From positions 109,430,001-109,494,000 of the forward strand of contig NC_082715.1 of NCBI RefSeq assembly GCF_030144855.1: a stretch of DNA of 64,000 nucleotides. Reading direction: 5' to 3'. This stretch comes from Hypanus sabinus. Lineage: Eukaryota. Shown here one piece after another: positions 1 through 12,740 of this stretch; the first letter of the stretch is position 1; every line of letters starts with the position of its first letter. The notes under the pieces were generated by a model, which did not search any database, had not been told where the DNA came from, and saw nothing but the letters and a program-made list of their open reading frames with translations. Made by a program: the position numbers and the translations under genes.

Positions 1-1590
1 TCCCACCTCCTGTACTTAATAGTCCAATTTGTTAAGGCCAATGTACCAAAGCTTTGCAAGACCTCCCCGGGTTGGTCCGACTACCATAGCCTGCATCAAA
101 TTTCATCTGCCATTTTGTCACCCCAGTTTCCCAGCTGGTCCAGACCCTGCAACAAAATCTAATGATCTTCCTCACTATCCACTACACACCTAATCTTGGT
201 GGCATCTTACAAAGATCTGCTGATCCAGTTCACATTATCTTCCAGATCACTGATGATGACAAACAGACCCAGTGCAGATCCTGTAGCATTGCACTAATTA
301 CAGGCCTCCAGTAACAGAAGCAACCATCTACTCCACTCTGGCTTCTCCCACAAAGCCACTATCTAATCCAATTTACTACTTCATTTTGAATCAAACCTTC
401 TTGACTAATCTCCCATGCAGTACCTTGTCAAACGCCCTATTGTCCATGTGAACAACATCCAATGCCTTGCTTTCAATTTCCTCAAAAACTATGATTGGTT
501 AGACAAACCAGAAAATCTGCAGATGCTGGAAATCTCTCCCCTTTCTTTCATGAACTTCTGTCCTCCAGGCTCCCCCTTCTCCAGCCCTGTATCTTTCACC
601 AATCAACCTCCTAGCTCTCTACTTCATCCTCCCTCCCAGTTCCACTCATCACCTTACGTTCCTCTCTTCTCACCACCAACTTTAAAATCTCATCTTTTTT
701 CCTCTCCAGTCCTGCCAGAGTCTTGGCCCAAAACATCAAATGTATTTCTCTTCCACCCCCCCCCCCCCAAAGAGATGCTGCCAGCATTGTGTTGATTGGT
801 CAGACATAACCTACCACACACAAGGCTATGCTGACTATCCTCAGTTGATGGCTATCCAAATACTCATCTCCTGTCCATTCGAATACCTTCCAATAACTTT
901 CCCACTACTGACGTCAGGTTCGCTGGCCTACAATTTCCTGATCCATTTCAGAGCCCTTCATAAACAGAACATTAGCTATCCTGTAATATCTCACCTGTCA
1001 CCAAGGATGATGTAAATCTCTGCTAGGGCCTTTATTTTCTGCACTTGCCACCCATAGTCCAAGGGAACACCTTCAGGCCCTGGGCATTTATCCACCCTAA
1101 TTTGCCTCAACACAGCAAACATCACTAATCTGTAAAGGGTGATGCTGTTTTGCCTCACATCCAGAGACCACTTCCCAAGTAAACACAGATGCAAAAAAAT
1201 CCATTTAAGATCTCCCCATCTCTTTGGCCCCACATATTTGATCTTCCGGAGGAACAATTTTGTCCCTTGCACTTAACATACCTGTAAAATCGCTAAGGAT
1301 TATCCTTCACCTTGTCTGCTAGAGAAACTTTATGCCTTCTTCTAGCCCTCCTGATTTCTTTCCCAAGTGTTCTCTTGCATTTCTAGGGCCCCACAAGTAC
1401 CTCATCTGTTCTTACCTGCCTGTACTTGATGTGCACATTTAAAACAAACATCTCCTGAAAACCTCCAGGTTCCCTAAACCTGTTGTCTTGCCTTTTATGC
1501 TGACAGGCACACAAGTTTTTCTTCCCCACTCAATTTTACTTTTGAAGGCCTTCCAGTTACAAAGTACCCCTTTGCTGAAAACAGCCTGTG
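1..1590 (-). mobile_element. Degraded CR1 LINE fragments in DEGS1 intron 1 (interrupted at 506-792)
   Basis: Minus-strand remnants such as IRVDKCPGPEGV and similarity to the RT region of the other CR1 copies in the window. Confidence 0.6.
506..792 (+). mobile_element. Short non-coding Penelope-related insertion in a CR1 fragment
   Basis: Flanked by TGATTGGT(T/C)AGACA at 492-505 and 793-806 (14-bp TSD, 1 mismatch). Starts aaaatctgcagatgctggaaat; decayed hammerhead ccagtcctg...cccaaaacatc at about 706-740. Confidence 0.7.
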
Positions 1591-4339
1591 CATTGATGTA
1601 GCCAAGGGAAATAAATAAGAATGCAGAATGGTGTGACAGTTACAGAGAAAGTAATTGTTTTCAGGTAGAGAAAACTGAATCAATGGATGGAAGACATTTG
1701 TCATGGGCTCAATTCTCTGCATTTTTTGCAGAAACCATTATGTACATACATATTACTAGACTACAAAATCAGAACCAACTAGTTTTCAAAGCTCCTTGGC
1801 CAGAAACTATGGGATACATAGCATTGTACTATAAATTGCTAAACATCTGTGCATCACAGCTGTATCCTAGGAATTCTGCAAGTTAGGCAAGAGGTTTCAA
1901 TTACAGATCCCTTTACTATTTGACATTAAAAAATGTGACTCGCCACCATTTCATACTGAATGTTTTAAAAACCAAGTTGGACGCTCAGTTGTAAGGAAAT
2001 ACCTTATCCCAATATTCAAGGGTAAAAAAGAGAAAGCATAATTTAGATCAGATTAAATTAGCCCACTGTTCTTGTTAAACTGATAAGTTGACACCGAGAA
2101 TTGCTAACTACAGATAGGGACCAACATCAAGGGCATGGAATTGACGGAAAGTTAATCACTTAGCTGGAAAGGACAGAGAAATTCAACTCACAGATTGTCT
2201 AGTTAGGTTCCACAACAGACCCGTGTTGCAACGACAGCCATTCAAGTGTTTTGTAAAAACATTTTGTATTCTTTCCCCAATGACAAAGACAAACAGTAAG
2301 AGCAAAAAGATTAAAGGTTTGTGGCAAATCAGTAAATTTCTATGTTGGACTGTATATTGGCCAGAATTCTGAGGAAACTACATGATATGGTCCTTAGTAA
2401 TTTGACAGGAAATTTGTCCCTTTACCATGCTGAAAAGTTTATGGGGAATGAATAGTAGGTTCAGAAGTAATTTTGTTTCAGGAATCAAAGCCAGGAAATT
2501 ACAAATTGGGTTTGTTATTTCTAAAGCAAAACAAAGCCAAACAACTTAAAAATACATTACCCAAACTAGTGGAAATGGTTGAGGAATTCAGTCATTACCT
2601 CACAGTTGGGGAGAAAATGTCCCAATCGCATTCATGAAGTTTTCTTAATAAATCCTTCTTAGCTGTTTGAAGTCACTTGTCTGCAACCAACAAATTGGTG
2701 CTGGACACTGCAGATTAACCTTTTTGTAGCCACAACAAGCTGATAGTGCTCAAATGATCCCTTGTAAACAGAACTCATTCACTAGCACCCACTGAATCCA
2801 ACATGAGCTTTCCACTGCAAGAATAAGCTAGGAAGCTACACTGGAAATTTATTCCAATTATCTCGAACATAACTTTACACTGTCAAATCTCTTAATGCTG
2901 AAGTTGACCAGACATTTAATAGTTGTGCAGTTTGAGCATCACCTGAACATCCATTCTGCTTAAAAACTTGTACTCAAGGTAATCATTAGGCAATTTGTAT
3001 TTTGTTAAAGCAGAATGGGGAAGACTAGTTTACATTTGAGAGTTGGGAACAGACAGAACAAAGTTCTGGCAATGAACTGCAAAATGTTTTCACTGATAGA
3101 ACAGAAGAATGTAGGCACTGAAATCCAAAGTCACAGGAAGTGACCAAAGTCATTACTGTACTTGTGGAGAAAACAAACCACCATTATTACTGCAGAACTG
3201 GCTGAACATCAGATTCCGCAATTGCAAGAATCAAGCCCAGGAGGTTGCAGTGTGCCCAGCTCAAAGACATGTTGGGCCTCATCATTACAGAGCAGAAACA
3301 AGACAGATAAGTCAGTGTGGGATGGAGAAATAAGGTGACAGAAGCTCAGTCATCCCTGCAGACAGAGTAAGGTTCATGAAGCATTGGGGACTGCATTGTG
3401 AAATGACAGACACCAGACTGGAAGTTAATCACTGCAGGGAGAGTTCAAATCCCTAACTGCATCGCAGCCCTGTACAAAGGCTGCTGTGGGTTGTATGGCA
3501 CAAACCTGAACACTGGATTTGCCTCATGAAGGCAACATCCATCACCAAGGCCCCTCATCACCAGGCACACATCTTCACACTATGAGAGACAAGTACAAGA
3601 GCCTGAAGACAAGCTATTTAGAAACAGCTTCTTCCCCATCAGATTCCTGAACAGTTGTGAACCTCTGAACACATTCCATTTTTTATACTATACATTTGAA
3701 ATTTAGCAATTTTATGTCCTTGCACTGCTGCTCACAGTCAAGGACAATAAACTAGACTCCAGCATTTCCCCAGTTTCCTCCCCAAAAGAGGGCAGTTGAC
3801 CCAAATTTTAATAGTACACTAACAACATCCTGCAGTGGAGAAAGCACAAGGCATGTAGAATGCAATATCTGTACTGGAAGGAAGTTCTGTTTAAAGCAGT
3901 AAACAGAGAAGGAATGGCATTTATTGCAGCATGCTATACAAATCAGGAAAATTTAGAACAGAAAGTGCTGGGGAACAAATTACCATGGTCATTGATTTAC
4001 AACAACTATTCTAGTTAATCAGGACAGGTCAATCCACAAATTTAGCAGATCTTCCTCACTAGCAAAGTCACACTACTCAAAATATTAACTCAAGTCTCCT
4101 CACTCTTCAGCTCCACCCACCCACCACCCCCAACACAGAAATCTGCATTTGGTACAGAGCACCAATTAGGGCAAGAGGATCCAAAATAGCTGATATCTGA
4201 GCATTTGGCAGAGACAGATACTCTCACAATAAGTTCCATGAAGAATATCTGAATCAAAGCACAAAAGGCTACAGATTAAATGCTGATCCATAAATATGAT
4301 TACTTAATCAGAATTGTTGTAACTGTTGCTGACAATGAG

Positions 4340-4610
4340 ACAAGAAAGGTCGCAGATGCTGGAGTAATTAAACAAGTCAGACTGTATCTATTGAGGGAAA
4401 TGAACAATAGACATTTCAGGCTAACACCCTTCATCAGAACTGAAAAAATGAGAAGCCAGAATAAAATGGGGTGGAGGAGCATGAGCTGGCAGGTGTAGGT
4501 GAAGGGGCAAAGGGCTTAAAAAATGTTGGACACTGATAGGAGAGGACAGTTGACCATGCAATAAAGGGAAAGTGAGGAACTGGAGGGAGCAAAGTGTGGA
4601 AGGCACAATA
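4340..4610 (-). mobile_element. Decayed Penelope 3'-end-derived element with hammerhead motif
   Basis: Minus 4405-4442 reads CAGTT-CTGATGA-AGG-GTGTTAG-CCT-GAAA-T-GTC-TATTG. Flanks resemble 26695-26900 (gcagatgctggag... end and purine-rich body on plus). Confidence 0.65.
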
Positions 4611-5149
4611 TTTCATTTCGTACAGCTCGTGCATTGTACACAGATCTATCAGATAGGAAGCACATGACAGAACTTAAGACACTGCTGAAAGTTCTTCAGG
4701 ATGGTGTCTGAACTCGGCGAGAATGGAGAAGCTAAGACTATTCTTTGGAGCAGAGATTGAGGGACTAATTGAGTGTATAAAATTGAGGGCTATGGATAAG
4801 AACAATACTTTTGCATATCCAAGGCAAATAAAATTGGAACAGTGTCAGTGCAAGTGATTCACAGGGGAACGTTTTCTAGAGAACGGCAAGTACCTGGAAT
4901 GCAGTAGACTGGTCGCAGACACCGCTAACACTGAAGTACTGTACAGACAGGCGCCCTGTTCTCCGAGACATGACGACACATTTGTCCCGTTACCTCCCAA
5001 CCCCTCCCCCACACACGTTCGATTACAACTCTGATTATATCTCAGTTTTTAATGAAACGTGCTCATTTCGGAACATCAAACTCAAAGTGCCGTAAACAGT
5101 GACCACTCGTTTCTAAAACTCGACTCCCTTCGACGCAGAGCGAAGGGAC

Positions 5150-5780
5150 TAACAGGGAAAGTTGGCCGTGGGTCAGGAGATCGCGGTGGTGCGGCCGGTC
5201 CCCGTGAACACGTCGGGGTGAAGAGGACGGTGGCTGTCCAAATAACGGTACAGAGCGAGGGTGCGGCCGGAAGCTGGGCCCATCCGGACAAACATATACC
5301 ACTGCCCACCCGGCCGCGTAACGGACCCAGGCTTCAGCCTATTCCCCCCTCCCCCCACACCCCGCCGGCAGCGCCCGGCGTCGCGTACCCTCCTCCATCC
5401 CCCGACCTCGTCGTTCCAGCAGGCGCCGCCGTACCCACAGCCCGCGCGGCTAACGGTCCCTGCGCGCGACTGACCGAGGATCTGGAGCCGGCGCGCCGTG
5501 TGCGGCTGGTCGGTGTAGACCCACTCGAAGTCCTCGCGCGCCACCCGGTTGCCCATGGCTGCCTTCCGCTTGTCGCCTCGCTCAGCGCCGACCGTTAACA
5601 GCCGGGCAGCTCGCGCTTTAATCCCCGACCCGCGCCGGGCCCCGCCCCAGGCCGCGACGTCACCATGTCCAGTAAACCAGCGGCCGTCCGTCCCGCCTCA
5701 CGGCGCCTCTGACGTCACCGCCGCCGGTAACGGTGACAGCCTGCTCAGAACTAGACCTGGGTGTGAGGGAGCGGGGTAAT
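5150..5780 (-). promoter_or_regulatory. CpG-island promoter of DEGS1
   Basis: Very CpG-rich block around exon 1. Perfect CRE TGACGTCA at 5710-5717, near-CRE CGACGTCA at 5655-5662, GC box ccgccc near 5642. Confidence 0.75.
5475..5556 (-). CDS. DEGS1: Sphingolipid delta(4)-desaturase DES1, coding exon 1 (rest of gene lies beyond the left edge of the window)
   Basis: [27 protein letters not shown] matches the DEGS N-terminus (human DEGS1 [19 protein letters not shown]). The 82-nt exon ends at a phase-1 donor G|gtcagt. Position downstream of FBXO28 on the same strand, as in human, favours DEGS1 over DEGS2. Confidence 0.92.
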
Positions 5781-8612
5781 TGCACGTTGCCAGCGTTCAA
5801 GACGTGGTAGAAACTAATGGGGAAAAGATAGTTGAAATTAAGTCTGGGCGCCATCTTTATGCGGGACAGCTTTGAGGGTCATGTGATGTGTTGAGGTTGA
5901 CATTTTTGTGCGGGGCAGCTTGTTGTGTCAACGGGTGATAATTTTTGGACGATGAGCCATGTAGGTGCTTGCCTGGAGTCGGTTTGAACGGATTGAGATG
6001 GGTAATAATATTCAAGACTCATCAAAGCTCAATCCTCTAAGGACTCTGTTTATTCTTCTCGCTGCCTCGGTATAATCAAACAGCGCACCACCCTGGACGT
6101 TATAGGACAGTTTATACAAAAGCTTGAAAGTACATACAGTACCACCAGACTCAAGAACAGCTTCTATCCCACTGTTATCAGATTCTTAAAAAGATAAAAG
6201 ACACTTGGTCTTACAGACCACCTCGATATGATTTTGCACTTCATCGTTTGCCTGCATTGCACATTTTCGGTAACTTTTTCACTTTATTTTATGTTGGTAT
6301 TGTTTTGCCTTATTTTAGCTGAATGCACTGAGTATTAATTAGATCTGTATAAACAGTATGCAAAACAAGCTATTCACCGGATCTTGCTACTTGTGACAAT
6401 ACTAACCAAACACCAATCGCCTTTTAAAAGTTTATTAAGACTGAGCCTGCTATACATGTGAAATAGCAGGTACAACACTACAAATCACATCAGATGTGAT
6501 GTGAAATTACCAACAGGTGATTTAAAATATTACTATTGTGTACTAACGTGACCTCTGCTTTATGCTGCTTGAGCTTCCTTTGACAGCTACCTGTCTCTAC
6601 TTCTCTCTGATTGTACTTATGACCAACACTATCCACATTTCCCTATTCTTCAAACTTCAGTGTTACTCACTCTAACTCTAGATCACTTTGAACATAAACC
6701 AGCCCAGTGATGACTCAAAATATTCACAGGAGTCAGTCTTGTCTGTGGACATCTACATATAGCCAAAGACTTCCCCAAGCCTCCTCATTTCATCATGCAG
6801 GAATCTCATAATTTGACAGACACTTTCCTGTCTTCATCCCCTTCACCTGTTTGATGTTCAGCTATTGCATAACACAAATTGACTGGAGAAAATTTAAGTC
6901 TCTTGGCATCCTGAAAAAAAATGTTGATTTGGTTTTTCTCCAGTTTTCAATAAGGCTGTTCATGTCAGAACATTACATAATGGGGCCATGTTTGTAATTC
7001 CTGTGTTGACTGTAAATTATTGGTGAAAAAGGCAGTTGACTTTTGTGTTTTATAAACAGTTCTTCAACATTTCCTCTCAGATTACAGCCAGGAAATGTTC
7101 AGCACATATCCCCGTTGTTCTCCACAGTACTCTGAAATGGAAGTCAGTGTCAGTTTACCATGAGTTAGCGGGAGACGGTTGGCTACAGGCCAGGGAATTA
7201 ATGCAGTAACACTGCAAAAACCTGACAATTTTTATAGTCGCATCATGATGTGGTAAGGCACATGCTTAGCCCAGGGCCCACAGGAAACTGCAAGGAGCTC
7301 AGTACATTTCAAAAACCAGACTCCCTCCATGGACGCTGTCTACACTTCTCACTGTCTCAGTCAGCAGGATCAAAGAACCAGCCCCCCCCCCCCCCAGGCC
7401 TCCCACTGACCAGAAGATATAAAAGCCTGAAAGCCCATTTACCACGAGGCTCAAGGACAGATGCTAAAGTCAAAATTGAGTTTCTATGCCAAGGTACATG
7501 TATACACAGGTGCAATGAAAAACCTACTTGCAGCAGCATCCAAACAACATTCTCAAGAAAAAAACATAAATGGAATATAAATTATGCACAATTTTTACAA
7601 GAAAGGGAACATTTAGAACAAAAAGTAAACCCAGTCCCTTTTTGTGGGTTTTCCAAAATGGATGCAGTGTTGCTAAATGTGGTGCTGAGGGTCTTGCTGG
7701 CTGGCTCATTCAGAAATCAAATGATTGAAGGCCAGGTAAGTGTAAGTTGATGCAATTTGCAAAGTCAAGCCAGCGTACACTACAAATGGTAGGCACTTGC
7801 CGATCTAATGGACTAGAGGGGCAAAATTGGTGGTGTAGTGAAGAATGTTATCTAAGCTTACAACAGGGTTTAGATCAACTGGGAAAGTGAGCAAAGTAAT
7901 TAACTCACACAAGCATGAAACTGCATTTTCGTAGCTTACACGAGGCAGGACTAGCAGGATCAGGATTTGGTTCCAGGGTCAGGACTGGCAGGGTCAGGAT
8001 TTGGGGCAGGAGTGAGGAGTAGAGAAGTGAGGGAAAGAGGCAAAAGTAAAGAGAGCTTATCTGAAGCGTACAGCTTTCACACTAGAATAACGATTCTCTG
8101 ATGACACAGTAGAAATGGGTGAGCATGATTGGACAGGTGTGGTTGCCAAGAGACCAGGCCTGGGTAGAAAAGGAAAAGGGGCCTGTGTTTATCTATAACT
8201 GAAGGATGTGCTCAGACTACAGTGGGAATCGTCTCTGCCTCTGGAGATTGAGATATAGAGTCAGTTTGGGTGCCAAGGAGAATCAGCAGGGTAAACAAGT
8301 CACCAGTGGGAATAATGTGACTAGAAAGAATAAACAGGAAACAACGAGGTCCCATCACAAAGTTCCTGGTACATTAACTGTCCAGGCAGGTCAGGTTAGG
8401 AGGGGGACTTAAGACGATGTATTTGAGACCATTCTGACAATGATACTTTGTAGAGCTAGCCACATCTGCTTGTGTGTAATCAGAGGGAATTAATGAAAGA
8501 TCTACAATGAAGGATTCTTTGGGAAAGATGGTATTTTTTTCCTCTCTCAGTCCTGCACGAATGACATTTTGTTTACTTTGTGCTTTATTTTGCACAAGTA
8601 TACAGTACATTT

Positions 8613-9208
8613 ATGTTCCGAGGTTGTCAAGCCAAGGAGTGGTAGTGCGAATAAGTTCCCACTACCTAAAAGTGCTCCTCACAGCATGCACCTCAAATAG
8701 CCCCTGACAACTAAGTCCAACTAAGGCCTTCTTGTGTGGTTTAGCCTCTAAGCTGGGTGGAACTGTTTCTACTGAGAGGAACAGGGGCGAAGGCGGGTCC
8801 TGGCACCTTAAAACCAGTGCTTCGGGTATATGGAGCTTGTCAACCTGGGAAGGCAGTCCATCTAAGAGAGGGAAAACTCTGATTTCAAACCTCCGCTGCC
8901 TTGTGGCCATACCCCTTCATGGGAAAGGCTATGGGAGTAAACCCTGAGGACAAATCTGGAGCTGGAGTCCCTAAGGCAGTCCAACGTTATCTTCAACCTC
9001 GTTCTGACAACTCCAGCAACATCACCGGTGCCAAGCTGTCTCAGCCCTTGCCCTTCCCTTGGATAACGTTGGTGGAGTGGAGAGGAAAGACTTGCTGCAT
9101 GGGTAACTGCCAGTCTTCCATACAACCTTGCCCAGGCCTGCACCCTGGAGATTGCAAGACTTTCCAGGCGCAGATCCATGGTCTCGGGAGACTTAACAGA
9201 TGCCATCC
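8613..9208 (+). mobile_element. Non-autonomous, non-coding retroelement, probably RTE-LINE-related
   Basis: 11-bp TSD ACAGTACATTT at 8602-8612 and 9209-9219; no credible ORF; 3' end (ccatggtctcgggagacttaacagatg) is RTE-like. The family assignment is inference. Confidence 0.6.
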
Positions 9209-11074
9209 ACAGTACATTTTGTATAATTTATGTTCACTTCTGTTTGTTCACCCATTTTGTGATGTATTGTGGTGTTGCTGCAGAAAGTGAATTTTTATGG
9301 CATTTATACCCTAGATACATTTGCCTATGTCAACAAAAAAACTTGATAATAAGGTTAGCTTTGAGGTCAAAGTTGCGTTGATTGTCATATGCACAGCAGG
9401 GTCACAGGCACATAGCATCAGATAGAGCTTTCATAAGAAACCGAAGATTATACAAATTTTTACATGGAACAACACACTTAGGACAACTGAAGTCGATTTT
9501 AGTGCAAAGTGATCAAAGTGTTCATTGTGTTACTGAACTGCAATGGTTGGAGTAGTGCTGGTTGGTCCATGGACAGAATGGGTGAAGGGAAGTAACTCTT
9601 GATCCTGCGGGTGTGGGACTCAAGAAATTAAGGGTTATGGGGAAAAGGCAGGTAGATGGAGCTGAGTTTATGGACAGATCAGCCATGATTTTATTGGATG
9701 GCGGAGCAGGATTGATGGGTCAAATGGCCTACTCCTGCTCCTATTTCTTACATTCTTACTCTATATCTCCTTCTCAATGAAAGCTGTGAAAAGATGGCAT
9801 GGCTGAAAATATTTGCAGATAGAGAGAATTGAAGGAAACAGCTGAGGGGAACCAGGAAAACAGGGAGAATGGAAAAGAAGTAGAGGTGAATAAAGACAAT
9901 TGATAACTATGTAAACAGGAAGAGAGTAATTTGACACGTTGGCCTCTGGGGATGCCTGTGTGAAGTTGGTCCATTCCCCCTGTGATCACATGAGTTTTCC
10001 CTGCTTTCCTCCCTCCCTTACAGCCACTGTAAATTTCCTGCAGTGTGAGTGGGGATCTGGAGAATCAGTGGCAATTCAGGGCCATGTGAGAGAGAACAAT
10101 TACAGAGAAATAATGGCTCTCCTTCATTCAATGACCTGTGCACTGCTTATCCCCACAGTCACTCTGATTTTTCCTCACCAGAGATACCCACTTCCCACCA
10201 ACCCTTTACAAACTCCTTTTATCTCCTTCCCAATTCTGACAAAGGGCCTGCAACCAAAACCATTGCCTCTGTTTCTCTGCCCACAGATGCCGCCTGGTTT
10301 CCAGAGTTACTGGGACACAAAGAAGAAATGGGGCAGGTGGGTGAGCAGTCTTAGAAAGAGTCTAGACTCGATGGTCTAAATGGCTTCCTCTGTATTGTAC
10401 TCAGACTGAGGACATGGATGCACTGGGGATGAACCAGAGTATATTCCTGAGGAGGATCCCTGGGGATAGCACAGAGGGAGAGAGCGGAGAGACTGGGTCT
10501 GTGGCATTTACACAGAGTCAGGGAGCAAGTGGCTCCACCACCTGGCATTCAGCCCGATCCTTCTGCTGTCTTTGTGGTGTGTGTACATTCTCCCTGTGAC
10601 CATGAGGGTTTGCCCCCAAATCCCTGGTTTGTGGGTGCACTGGCTGCAGTGAGTTTCCCCCCAGCATGGGGTGGGGTACCTGTTAGTGGGAAATAGTGGA
10701 AGGATGGAATGGCTGGGATTGGGAATGGGTCAAAGAGCTTCCTGTATGGCAGAAGGAAGGACGGATCATTGATGTGGGATTCGGACAGGGCAAGTACAAA
10801 GGGACTTCTCACTTAAATGGAGAGATGACAGGTAGTAGAGAAACCAAAGGAAGGGGGTAACAGTTAACCAAGAGTAATGGGAGTGAAACCAATGTAACAG
10901 AAGCAAGGCTAGTTGGGGAGACAATTGCAGGGGATCAGAGGTCAGAGATACATCCAACCCATCTCCCTGAACTCTCCCCACTGCCAGAGTTGACCTTCAG
11001 ATTTTACATTTTTAAACCCCTGCAGTTATGTCCAGATGGAGGGCCTCAACCCAAAATATTGACAGTTTACTACC

Positions 11075-11295
11075 CCAAAATTTTCTGTCAAACACGTGGT
11101 CGGTATTCCCATACTTCCTCCTGAAAATTCTCTCCGACACGCGGTCAGTATTCCTACATTTCCTCCTGAAGATCCTGTCCGACATGCGGTCGGTATTCCT
11201 ACACTTTTTCCTGAAGATTCCGTCTGACAAATGATCGGTATTCCCACACTTCATCCTGAAGATTCTCTCCAACACGTGGTCAGTATACCCCAGCA
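11075..11295. repeat. 45-bp minisatellite, about 5 diverged copies
   Basis: cctgaa(g/a)at...gacac/tgcggtc(a/g)gtattcc recurs at 11120, 11165, 11210 and 11255. Confidence 0.9.
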
Positions 11296-11427
11296 AGTCC
11301 TTGTTTGTGCGAGTTCTTTACTATCAGACTGTAGTTTTTCATCCCAGGACACAATGTGTTCACATCACTCTTTCCTGTGGTAACCAGAGCAGAATGCCAT
11401 ATTGAGTTGTATCAATGTTGAGAAAGT

Positions 11428-11620
11428 TTCTGAAACTGCTGAAAACACTCAGCACGTAGGCAGCATCGGTCGAAACTGAAGCTGAAGTTAGGTTTTAGGG
11501 CAGTGATCTTTCATTTGAAGAGTCTTTCAGCTCAATTGTTTCTTCCTGATCTGTTTCCACAGATGCTGTCTAACATACTGAGTAGTTTGAGCATTTTCTG
11601 TGTTTATTTTAGATGCTGCG
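11428..11620. repeat. Fold-back relic of the same Penelope-related short-element family
   Basis: actcagcacgtaggcagcatc (about 11447-11467) is an imperfect inverted repeat of gatgctgtctaacatactgagt (about 11562-11584). Confidence 0.5.
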
Positions 11621-11989
11621 CACTATTTTGGTTTTCATTCAGTCCATCTCTGCTTTCACAGTACACCTCATGAACCACGTTGTCAATCTGCCTGCCATCG
11701 AAACTGACATTCTCCCCAGCTCCAAATCCCTTCTTAGTACAGTGACCTCTATTCTCAAACTCCCTATCAACCAGCAAATCCAATCAAGTTAATTACTGCG
11801 AGTCCTGAACTCTATAATTGAGATTATTGTCATGTTCACGAGTACTGGTGCAATAGGAAACCCCTGTGCACAGGGCACAAGGTAGAGAGCACAGGCATCA
11901 TGTAATCAGCATCCAGAATCGGTTTTAGTATCACTGTCAGAAATCATGAAATGTGTTGTATTGTGGCAGCATCACACGTTACTGTAAGT

Positions 11990-12740
11990 TCCAAGAGTTA
12001 TGAACCATTCAGAAATCTGCTGGCAGAAGGGAAGGCGCTGTTCCTAAAAAAAAATTGAGTGTGTCTCCAGGCTCCTGTACCTGCTCCAGGATGGTGGTTA
12101 TGAGAAGAGGATATGTCGCAGATGGTGTAGGTCCTTCATACTGGATGCTACCTTTTGAGAAGCCCTCAGTGGTGGGAAAGTGTGCCTGTGACGGAGCTGA
12201 TTGACTCTACAGTTCTGTGCCGTGGCCCCTCCATACTAGATGGTGATGCAACCTATCAGAATTATCCCCACAGTACGTCTGTAAAAATTTTCTAGGGCTG
12301 TTAGTGACAAACCAAACCTCCTCAAACTCCAAATGAAGTGTAGTTGCAGGCGTTTCTGCTTTGTGTTTACATCAATGTGCTGGGGCCAGGATAGATCCTC
12401 TGAATTTGACACCCACCAAGATGAAACTGGTCCCAGAGTGAGGACTGGTGTGTGTTCCTCCGACGCCCCCTTCCTGGACACCACAATTCATTCTTTGGTC
12501 CTGCTGGCATTGTGAAAGTTATTATTGTGACAGCAATTGATTTATTCCTCATGTGTACACCTCATCAATGCAGAGGGTAGAGAGAGTAGAGCAGTGGGCC
12601 AAGCATGCAGCATTTAAGTGCGCTTGTGTTGACTGTCAGCAAGGAGGAGATGTTATCACCAATCTGAACTGACTGTGGTTTCCCAATGAGGGAGTCAAGA
12701 ACCCACTTGCAGAGGGAGGTAGAGGCACAGGTTTTAAAGC
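11990..12740 (-). mobile_element. Rex1/Babar-like LINE 3' fragment
   Basis: LSWPQHIDVNTKQKRLQLHFIWSLRRFGLSLTALENFYRRTVGIILIGCIT is the typical C-terminal motif of this LINE group. Confidence 0.7.

Noticed and set aside
1700-3400. Possible DEGS1 exon 2 or another gene in the TE-poor AT-rich stretch
   Set aside because: No desaturase motifs (KYPEIK, His boxes) or credible spliced ORF found by eye.
5173-5474. Continuation of the DEGS1 ORF to 127 aa
   Set aside because: Homology ends at the GT donor at 5474; the remainder is intron read-through.
5059-5779. Long plus-strand ORFs over the DEGS1 promoter
   Set aside because: Stop-poor GC-rich CpG island antisense to DEGS1 exon 1; low-complexity translations.
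11012-11296. ORFs with 15-aa repeats
   Set aside because: By-product of a 45-bp minisatellite; no splice signals or recognisable domain.
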